Positions 56,678 to 63,568 of a stretch of 63,568 nt of DNA are shown in pieces; position 1 is the stretch's first letter, and each line of letters starts with the position of its first letter. The DNA is taken from assembly GCA_027005735.1 (NCBI GenBank), contig JALTLF010000103.1:1-63568 (forward strand), written 5' to 3'. This DNA is from Chromatiales bacterium. Lineage in GTDB: Bacteria; Pseudomonadota; Gammaproteobacteria; CAMYNG01. Both the position numbers and the translations under genes were made by a program. The notes beneath the pieces are model-generated. The model searched no databases, was not told the DNA's origin, and saw only the letters and a list, made by a program, of their open reading frames with translations.

Positions 56678-59020
56678 TCAGGCGGTGAGGCTGGCAAACA
56701 GTACGGGCAGTTTCTCCGGCAGACGCTCGACATTATCCACAATAGTATAGTTGTTGGCGCCGAAAATGCGCTTGACATAGCTGTCAGCGTTGGGATCCAG
56801 CGTCAGGCAGTAGGACAGCACGCCGTTGCTGTAGAGTTCCTCGACGGCCTTTTTGGTGTCGTGGCGCAGGTGCTGCGGATCGCGCTCGTCGATGTCCGCC
56901 GGCTCTCCATCGGTGACGATAAGCAGCAACTTGCGCCTTTCGGGCTGTTTGAGCAGGTGGCGCCCTGCATGGCGCATGGCGGCACCCATTCGGGTGGACA
57001 GTCCACCCTGCATGCCGGCAAGGCGCGACCTGGCCTCGTCGTCGAACTTCTGGTTGAAATCCTTGAAGCGGTAGTACTGTACGTCATGGCGCCCGTCCGA
57101 GGCGAATCCGTGCAGAGCAAAGGGATCACCGATGCCGTTGATGGCGGTGGCGACCAGGGTGGCCGCCTCGCGGGTCAGCTCGAGCACCGTCTTGTCGCTG
57201 CCGGCGATCTTCTCGTTGGTGGACTCGGAGAGATCCAGCAATACCACCACCGCGAGATCGCGGTTCTTGATCACGTTGCGCATGGTGATGCGCGGGTTGG
57301 GCTGCTCGCCCATGCGGATGGCGACCATGGCATCGATGGCGGCATTGATATCGATTTCGTCACCGTCTTCCATGTTGCGCACGCGCTGCACGCCCTCGGG
57401 CGACAGCAGGTCGATGATCTGCTTGATGCGATGCGCGATGGGCTTGTGCTCGAGAAGGATCTTGTCGATTTCCTCCGGATTGCCGCGCGGCTGGCGACGC
57501 TCGTAGACCGTCACCCAGTCCGGGCGATGCAACTGGATCTGGTAGTCCCATTCCGGGTAGTGGAAAGGCTCGGAGACGGGCTCCTTGCCCCACATCTCGT
57601 TGAAGCTCTTTGTCGTTTCCAGGTCGTCCTCGTAGGGGAACATTTCCGTTTCGCAGGTCCAGATCTCCTGCGCATCGTCACCAGCCAGTTCGCAATCCAC
57701 CTCGTTGGCCATCTCCATGACGCTCATGGTCCTGCGTACCTGGCGCTGGCTGGCGGCGATGTACTCGTTCATGGTATCGAAGGTGAACTCTTCGAATTCC
57801 CACACGAAACGGTTGTCATCGCGGTAGGGAATGCGGATACGCTCGAGGATGCGCAGGCTGGGCACCGCCTTGCGCGCGGAGAACAGGTTGAACAGCTCCA
57901 GGCCCATGTGCCAGGAGAACTGGTTGTTGTCCTGTTCCCCGGCGATGCGCTCGTGGAACTGCTGGCAGAAGGCCGCCAGCTCATCGTCGTCACTGGTGAC
58001 TGTCTCGTCCAGCAGCATGAGGGCGACATGTTCGAGGACCGTCATGGTGGGGTGCTCGGGCTCCTCGTCCTCGTCGGCCAGCTTGAGCAGTGTCGTCCAC
58101 AGTTTCTTCAGGCCAGGAAAGTCCCGCGTGGCCTTGTACTCGATGCGCGCGTCCTCGAGGAAGCCGATGAAGAACATCTGTGCCGGGCTCAGCTGCTCGG
58201 CGGAGATGGCCGACTCGGTGTAGCAGATGTGGGCAGCCATGTGAGCCGCGGTGGCACGATACAGCTCGAGGCCCGAAACCTCGCCGATGGCGTCAACGGC
58301 ATCCGGCATGTGCAGGATATGGGCGTCGATGTAGGGGCGGAAGTCGGTATAGTCGGCGCCCGTGGGCCGCAGGAAGAAATCGCGCCCCCACAGCGCACGC
58401 AGGTAGAAGTTGAGCTTGCGCTGCACATCGATGAACAGCGTGCCACGGCGCTCCTTCTGCAACATCGCCAGGCTGTCCTGCGATTCCAGGTTGAAATAGG
58501 AGGTCAGGTTGTCGAAGTCCCGCCGGTAGGCCTGGGCGCCGAAGTTGGCCCAGCGTCGCAGGCCGCTAAGGGTGAGCTTGGAGAGCAACTCGTCGATGTG
58601 GCTGAGCATGGGCCGCAGGCCGCGCGCGGCGGTGGAGGCCAGCTGGTGAATCAGCGTCAGGTAACCACGCAGCAGTTCCGCGTCACCCAGGCGGCGTGAC
58701 GCGGTGGGCAGGCTGTTGAACAGCAGGCTGATGACTTCACCCGAAGTCATGGACGAGAGCTTCATGGCCGCGGTGAGACAGTCCTTGATGATGTCCTCAC
58801 CGCACTCCTTGACCACCAGGGGCATTTCCTGGAGGTAGGAAATCACCAGGTCCTTGCCGCGCCCCAGGCCGCAGAGTGCCTTCGCCCCTTCGAGGTATTC
58901 CTGCAGGCCGGCCGGCGACATGACCCGCGAGGCCTCGTGGAACGTCCCTTCGAGAACATCCCGAACCTCGGGGGCAACGTCCTTCAGTTGCTCTTCGTAA
59001 TCTTCAAGTTTGATCGACAT
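56678..59020 (-). CDS. cbbO: Rubisco activase adaptor CbbO (VWA domain)
   Basis: LLDLSES MIDAS motif, STRMGAAMRHA and VTDGEPADID; follows cbbQ. Confidence 0.93.
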   Translation of the reverse strand: MSIKLEDYEEQLKDVAPEVRDVLEGTFHEASRVMSPAGLQEYLEGAKALCGLGRGKDLVISYLQEMPLVVKECGEDIIKDCLTAAMKLSSMTSGEVISLLFNSLPTASRRLGDAELLRGYLTLIHQLASTAARGLRPMLSHIDELLSKLTLSGLRRWANFGAQAYRRDFDNLTSYFNLESQDSLAMLQKERRGTLFIDVQRKLNFYLRALWGRDFFLRPTGADYTDFRPYIDAHILHMPDAVDAIGEVSGLELYRATAAHMAAHICYTESAISAEQLSPAQMFFIGFLEDARIEYKATRDFPGLKKLWTTLLKLADEDEEPEHPTMTVLEHVALMLLDETVTSDDDELAAFCQQFHERIAGEQDNNQFSWHMGLELFNLFSARKAVPSLRILERIRIPYRDDNRFVWEFEEFTFDTMNEYIAASQRQVRRTMSVMEMANEVDCELAGDDAQEIWTCETEMFPYEDDLETTKSFNEMWGKEPVSEPFHYPEWDYQIQLHRPDWVTVYERRQPRGNPEEIDKILLEHKPIAHRIKQIIDLLSPEGVQRVRNMEDGDEIDINAAIDAMVAIRMGEQPNPRITMRNVIKNRDLAVVVLLDLSESTNEKIAGSDKTVLELTREAATLVATAINGIGDPFALHGFASDGRHDVQYYRFKDFNQKFDDEARSRLAGMQGGLSTRMGAAMRHAGRHLLKQPERRKLLLIVTDGEPADIDERDPQHLRHDTKKAVEELYSNGVLSYCLTLDPNADSYVKRIFGANNYTIVDNVERLPEKLPVLFASLTA

Positions 59021-59112
59021 CGGTCTACCCGGTGTGAAGCTGCGCCGCAGTGATACTCGTTACGGCCCGCCTCACGGGAGGCGGCGCATGCGTTTACATC
59101 GCTGGCGCGCAA

Positions 59113-59934
59113 TCAACCGCTGAAGAAGGTCTGTACTGCCGCATTGAGCGTGTCACGCATGTCCGGATCGTCCGTCAATGGCGTGACCATGGTCATGCTG
59201 CAGGCGGCCACCGGCTCCACGCCCTTGTGGATCAACTGGCCAGCATAGACCAGCAGGCGCGTGGAAATACCTTCGTCGAGGCCGTGGCCCTTGAGGTTGC
59301 GCGCGCGGTGGGCGATCTGTACCAGCTTGCCGGCCGTCTCCTCGTCAACACCGGATTCTTTCGCCACGATGTTGGTCTCGGTTTCCTCGTCGGGATAGTC
59401 AAAATCGAGGCCGCCAAAACGCTGCTTGGTGGACTGCTTGAGATCCTTCATCAGGCTCTGGTAGCCCGGGTTGTAGGAGATCACCAGCTGAAAGTCCGGG
59501 TGGGCCTCGATGAGTTCCCCCTTCTTGTCCAGCGGCAGGGTGCGGCGATGGTCGGTCAACGGATGGATGACGACCGTGGTGTCCTGGCGTGCCTCGACCA
59601 CCTCGTCGAGATAGCAGATGGCGCCAATACGCGCGGCGGTGGTCAGGGGCCCATCCTGCCACTTGGTGCCTTCTTTGTCGAGCAGGAAACGTCCCACCAG
59701 GTCCGAGGCGGTCATGTCTTCGTTACAGGCCACGGTAATGAGGGGTTTGCCCAGCTTGTACGCCATGTACTCCACAAAGCGAGACTTGCCGCAACCCGTC
59801 GGTCCCTTGAGCATGACCGGCATGCGCGCGTTGTAGGCGGCCTCGTAGAGCTCGATCTCGTTTGCTACCGGCTCATAGAAGGGCTCGTTCTTGATGACGT
59901 ACTGTTGTGGATCTACCGTAAGTTCGTTTGCCAT
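59113..59934 (-). CDS. cbbQ: Rubisco activase CbbQ (MoxR AAA+)
   Basis: [34 protein letters not shown] and GISTRLL. Confidence 0.95.
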   Translation of the reverse strand: MANELTVDPQQYVIKNEPFYEPVANEIELYEAAYNARMPVMLKGPTGCGKSRFVEYMAYKLGKPLITVACNEDMTASDLVGRFLLDKEGTKWQDGPLTTAARIGAICYLDEVVEARQDTTVVIHPLTDHRRTLPLDKKGELIEAHPDFQLVISYNPGYQSLMKDLKQSTKQRFGGLDFDYPDEETETNIVAKESGVDEETAGKLVQIAHRARNLKGHGLDEGISTRLLVYAGQLIHKGVEPVAACSMTMVTPLTDDPDMRDTLNAAVQTFFSG

Positions 59935-59970
59935 AACACACCTTGTAAATAATTTTGCGCTTCGATCGAA

Positions 59971-60282
59971 TCAGGTCTCGTCGTCCGTTTCCGTTTCACC
60001 GGACCAGCCGGCGGCACGCGCGCGTTCCAGTGCTTCGCCGTGGATCCGCTCGTGGCGCTGGCGCAGCTCGTCGGGGAGATTGCTCACCAGGCAGCCGTAC
60101 TTGTCCCACTCGGCATTGACCTTCTGCAGCAGCGCATCGATGCCGGCCAGGTTCCAGCCTTCGCAGGTCTCGCTTTCGGGGATCAATTCAAATACCCACG
60201 CATCACGTATGATCTTCCCAATGGTGGTCATGCCACCATGCAGATCGTTGTTGATGCCTACATACTTGTCTGGTTTTCCCAT
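59971..60282 (-). CDS. Small hypothetical protein between cbbS and cbbQ
   Basis: 103 aa; GGCAAGGAC RBS; host codon use. Confidence 0.8.
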   Translation of the reverse strand: MGKPDKYVGINNDLHGGMTTIGKIIRDAWVFELIPESETCEGWNLAGIDALLQKVNAEWDKYGCLVSNLPDELRQRHERIHGEALERARAAGWSGETETDDET

Positions 60283-60297
60283 GTCCTTGCCACCTTG

Positions 60298-60334
60298 AAA
60301 AAAGCCCCTGTCCGACAAGAACCGGGCAGGGGCT
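60298..60334 (-). terminator. Terminator/attenuator after cbbS
   Basis: 12-bp stem AGCCCCTGTCCG / CGGGCAGGGGCT followed by a T-run on the minus strand. Confidence 0.75.
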
Positions 60335-60361
60335 CTGACTCCAGGTTTTCCCTGCGGCGTC

Positions 60362-60718
60362 TTATACGGTCTTGCCGCGGTAGATAACCATGGCAGCACC
60401 GGCAGACTGGGCGAAGTTATCGAAGCCCAGCAGACGCACGTGGTTGTTGGGGTGCGCCTTGTGGCAGGCCTCTACCTCGGCGAGGATGGCATCCACGTCG
60501 GTCTCGCCGAACATGGGCAGCTTCCACATGTACCAGTAGTGGCCACCGGCGTTCTCGGGCTCGGTATGCTCGATACCTGGGTTCCAGCCCTTGCTGACGA
60601 TGTACTCCACCTGCTTGCGGATCTTTTCCTTGTCCATAGGGGGCAGGTAAGAGAAAGTTTCAAACTTGCGGCTTGAGGGATCGCTCAAGCTCGACTTGTA
60701 GTCTTGCATGTCACTCAT
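60362..60718 (-). CDS. cbbS: Rubisco small subunit, form IAq
   Basis: [21 protein letters not shown] and HPNNHVRL. Confidence 0.97.
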   Translation of the reverse strand: MSDMQDYKSSLSDPSSRKFETFSYLPPMDKEKIRKQVEYIVSKGWNPGIEHTEPENAGGHYWYMWKLPMFGETDVDAILAEVEACHKAHPNNHVRLLGFDNFAQSAGAAMVIYRGKTV

Positions 60719-60750
60719 TTTCTAAATCCTCTGGTTACTAGTAAGTTCGC

Positions 60751-60779
60751 TGCAGGAGCGGCACCTCGCCGCTCCTGCA
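60751..60779. other. Perfect intercistronic hairpin between cbbL and cbbS (REP-like)
   Basis: TGCAGGAGCGGC-ACCTC-GCCGCTCCTGCA. Confidence 0.6.
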
Positions 60780-60798
60780 TATCGTTACTGGCGAAGTC

Positions 60799-62217
60799 TT
60801 ACTTGTGCGAAACGTCCAGCTTGTCGACCGTGTCGAACTCGAACTTGATTTCCTTCCAGGTCTCCATGGCCATCTTGAGCTCGGGGCTGTGCTTGGCGGC
60901 CTCGGTAAGGATCTCCTTGCCCTCCTTTTCGATTTCACGACCTTCGTTGCGTGCCTGGACACAGGCCTCGACGGCAACACGGTTGGCGGCGGCGCCGGCA
61001 GCATTACCCCAGGGGTGACCCAGCGTACCACCACCGAACTGCAGCACGGAATCGTCACCGAAGATGCTGACCAGAGCAGGCATGTGCCACACGTGGATAC
61101 CACCGGAGGCAACCGGGAAGACGCCGGGCATGGCGCCCCAGTCCTGGTCGAAGAAGATACCGCGACTGCGGTCTTCCTTGATGTAGGAATCACGCATGAT
61201 GTCGATCCACCCCAGGGTGGCGTCGCGGTCACCTTCCAGCTTGCCGACAACCGTACCGGAGTGCAGGTGGTCGCCGCCGGACAGGCGCAGGATCTTGGTC
61301 AGCACGCGGAAGTGGATACCATGGTGCGGATTGCGATCGAGCACGGCGTGCATGGCGCGGTGAATGTGCAGCAGCATGCCGTTGTCCTGACACCATTTTG
61401 CCAGCTGGGTGTTGGCCGCCCAGCCGCCGGTGATGTAGTCGTGCATGATGATGGGCGCACCGATTTCCTTGGCGTACTCGGCGCGCTTCATCATCTCGTC
61501 GGAGGTCGGCGCGGTGACGTTCAGGTAGTGACCCTTGCGCTCGCCGGTTTCGGCCTCGGCCTTCTGGATGGCCTCCATGACGAAGTCGAAGCGATGACGC
61601 CAACGCATGAAGGGCTGGGAGTTGACGTTCTCGTCGTCCTTGGTGAAGTCCAGACCGCCACGCAGGCCTTCGTAGCAGGCGCGGCCGTAGTTCTTGGCCG
61701 ACAGGCCCAGCTTGGGCTTGATGGTGCAGCCGAGCAGCGGACGACCGTACTTGTTGAGAATATCGCGCTCGACCTGGATGCCCTGGGGCGGACCATTACA
61801 GGTCATGACATAGGCCAGCGGGAAGCGTACGTCTTCCAGGCGCAGGGCGCGCAGGGCCTTGAAGCCGAAGACGTTGCCCACCAGCGAGGTCATGACGTTG
61901 ACCACGGAACCTTCTTCGAACAGGTCGATGGGATAGGCCACGAAGGCGTAGAAACAGGTGTCGTCGCCCGGTACGTCCTCGATGGCGTAGGCGCGGCCCT
62001 TATAATAGTCCAGGTCGGTGAGCAGATCGGTCCAGACGGTGGTCCAGGTACCAGTGGAAGACTCGGCGGCCACGGCGGCGGCGACTTCTTCGCGGGGTAC
62101 GCCCGGCTGCGGGGTGACCTTGAAGCATGCCAGGATATCGGTGTCCTTCGGGGTATATTCCGGCATCCAGTAAGTTTCGCGGTACTCTTTCACGCCCGCG
62201 TCGTATTTCTTGGCCAT
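60799..62217 (-). CDS. cbbL: Rubisco large subunit, form IAq
   Basis: [11 protein letters not shown] and [10 protein letters not shown]; C-terminal DVSHK; followed by cbbS and cbbQO. Confidence 0.98.
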   Translation of the reverse strand: MAKKYDAGVKEYRETYWMPEYTPKDTDILACFKVTPQPGVPREEVAAAVAAESSTGTWTTVWTDLLTDLDYYKGRAYAIEDVPGDDTCFYAFVAYPIDLFEEGSVVNVMTSLVGNVFGFKALRALRLEDVRFPLAYVMTCNGPPQGIQVERDILNKYGRPLLGCTIKPKLGLSAKNYGRACYEGLRGGLDFTKDDENVNSQPFMRWRHRFDFVMEAIQKAEAETGERKGHYLNVTAPTSDEMMKRAEYAKEIGAPIIMHDYITGGWAANTQLAKWCQDNGMLLHIHRAMHAVLDRNPHHGIHFRVLTKILRLSGGDHLHSGTVVGKLEGDRDATLGWIDIMRDSYIKEDRSRGIFFDQDWGAMPGVFPVASGGIHVWHMPALVSIFGDDSVLQFGGGTLGHPWGNAAGAAANRVAVEACVQARNEGREIEKEGKEILTEAAKHSPELKMAMETWKEIKFEFDTVDKLDVSHK

Positions 62218-62370
62218 ATTGGCTCCTCCTGTCGAGAAAGTTCGAACTTCTTTTGCAAATGGTCCCCGTCGGCGCCAGCCGGCGGAGAGAGTTCGTCCGT
62301 GCAGGCCACCCAATCACGTCGGGACGTAGCTGCCCTGCATCAGGGAGCCCAAAGTATAAGCGCCCATTAC

Positions 62371-62418
62371 ATAAAGTAAACTCAATAAAAATGATTGAAT
62401 CCATAAGGTATTACTTAT
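62371..62418. promoter_or_regulatory. CbbR binding region between divergent cbbL and cbbR
   Basis: AT-rich; ATAAG-GTATTA-CTTAT at 62403-62418 (TAA-N8-TTA) plus weaker adjacent sites. Confidence 0.7.
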
Positions 62419-62431
62419 AGTATATTTCCCC

Positions 62432-63376
62432 ATGAACGTGACCCTGCGCCAGCTGCATGTCTTCGAGGCCGTCGCCCGCCACCTCAGCTACACCCGCGCG
62501 GCCGAAGAGCTGCACCTCAGCCAGCCGGCGGTCTCCATGCAAATCAAGCAGTTGGAGGACAATATCGGTCTGCCGCTGCTGGAGCGGCTGGGTCGGCGCG
62601 TCTATCTCACCGAGGCCGGCCAGGAGATGTACCGCTACAGCCACGCCATCGCCCTGGAACTGGACGAGGCCGAGGCGGTCCTCGAGCAGCTCAAGGGCCT
62701 GCAGGCCGGGCGCCTGAAGGTCGCCGTGGCCTCCACCGCCTCGGCCTTCGCCACGCGCATGCTGTCGCTGTTCCGCAAGCGCTTCGCCGGCATCACCGTG
62801 AGCCTCGACGTCACCAACCGCGCGGGCCTGCTGGCCCAGCTCGGCAACAACGAGAAGGATCTCGTCATCATGGGCAAGCCGCCCGAGGACATGGCCCTCG
62901 CCACCCGCAGCTTTGCCGACAATCCCCTGGTGGTCGTCGCCGCCCCTGACCACCCGCTGGCCGGCGAGACCCGCATACCGCTGGCGCGCCTGCGCGAGGA
63001 GACCTTCGTGGTGCGCGAACCGGGCTCCGGTACCCGTACCGCCATGGAGCGCTTCTTTGCCGCCCATGACCTGACCCTCGACAGCCGCATGGAAATGAAC
63101 GAAAACGAATCCCTCAAGCTCGCCGTGCAGGCGGGCATGGGGCTCGGCATCGTCTCCATCCACACCCTCGAGCTGGAACTGGCAACCGGGCGACTGGTGA
63201 TCCTCGACGTGGAGGACATGCCCATCATGCGCCACTGGTACCTTGTGCACCGCGAGGGCAAGCGCTTGCCCCCGGTGGCGGAGGCCTTCCGTGACTTCGT
63301 CCTCAGCGAGGGACGCGAACTGATACCGACGCTGATCGGCACCACGGGCCAGGCGCTGCCAGATTCCCAATCCTAA
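62432..63376 (+). CDS. cbbR: LysR-type regulator CbbR
   Basis: VTLRQLHVF, YTRAAEELHLSQPAVSMQIKQLE and REPGSGTR; divergent from cbbL; the TAA is the left end of MITE copy 5. Confidence 0.93.
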   Translation: MNVTLRQLHVFEAVARHLSYTRAAEELHLSQPAVSMQIKQLEDNIGLPLLERLGRRVYLTEAGQEMYRYSHAIALELDEAEAVLEQLKGLQAGRLKVAVASTASAFATRMLSLFRKRFAGITVSLDVTNRAGLLAQLGNNEKDLVIMGKPPEDMALATRSFADNPLVVVAAPDHPLAGETRIPLARLREETFVVREPGSGTRTAMERFFAAHDLTLDSRMEMNENESLKLAVQAGMGLGIVSIHTLELELATGRLVILDVEDMPIMRHWYLVHREGKRLPPVAEAFRDFVLSEGRELIPTLIGTTGQALPDSQS

Positions 63377-63495
63377 ATACGTGTTCCGAATCCCCGATCA
63401 ACTGAGAATGACCGGATTGCCCTGTCCGCCTGTCTCTCGCCGGGGTGGTGTTTACGGACACGCGGTACATACGTCCCTGCACGCTCGACAGCCGC
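63373..63495. mobile_element. MITE copy 5, left 123 bp, truncated (subtype A)
   Basis: Matches copy 1 up to CAGCCGC, then switches to unrelated sequence. Confidence 0.85.
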
Positions 63496-63568
63496 GGTCG
63501 CTCCGGGCGTGGCCCAGGCCAGCTTCTCGACCTCCGGTCTCACCTTCTCCTGCCCTCTCGCGACACTA

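Noticed and set aside
56678-59934. NorQ/NorD nitric oxide reductase accessory pair
   Set aside because: Directly downstream of cbbLS with no norBC; context supports CbbQO.

Overview
High-GC gammaproteobacterial chromosome segment from a Calvin-cycle autotroph, probably a sulfur-oxidiser-type chemolithotroph; the taxon cannot be named from sequence alone. The housekeeping backbone includes argS, a SPOR protein, an MCP, speA/speE, torF-glnK-amtB, ubiK, comM, rep, gshA, tRNA-Arg(CCG), purEK and an nsrR-like regulator. It is interrupted at about 18.9-41.2 kb by a lower-GC block carrying a near-complete CO2-concentrating kit: a second cbbR, mcdAB, acRAF, a bacterioferritin-like gene, a full alpha-carboxysome operon with a picocyanobacteria-like form IAc Rubisco, csoS1D plus a NUDIX gene, a DAB inorganic-carbon pump with an extra membrane subunit and an SbtB-like P-II, an aldolase-Dabb fusion, a beta-carbonic anhydrase and a dead IS30. 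A native-GC form IAq cbbR/cbbLS-orf-cbbQO cluster lies at the right end. The most striking unannotated structure is a ~208-bp palindromic MITE family (5 copies, 2 subtypes). Its flanks fit insertion at CTAG with TA duplication, it supplies the stop codon of three genes, its stems show compensatory changes, and one copy appears to have hit the IS30 terminal repeat. Also found: GTAG-type REP/BIME arrays, a shared 16-bp CbbR-like box at five carbon-fixation control regions, and a receiver protein with a PilZ-like RxxxR motif. All homology calls come from motif recognition; no database search was run.
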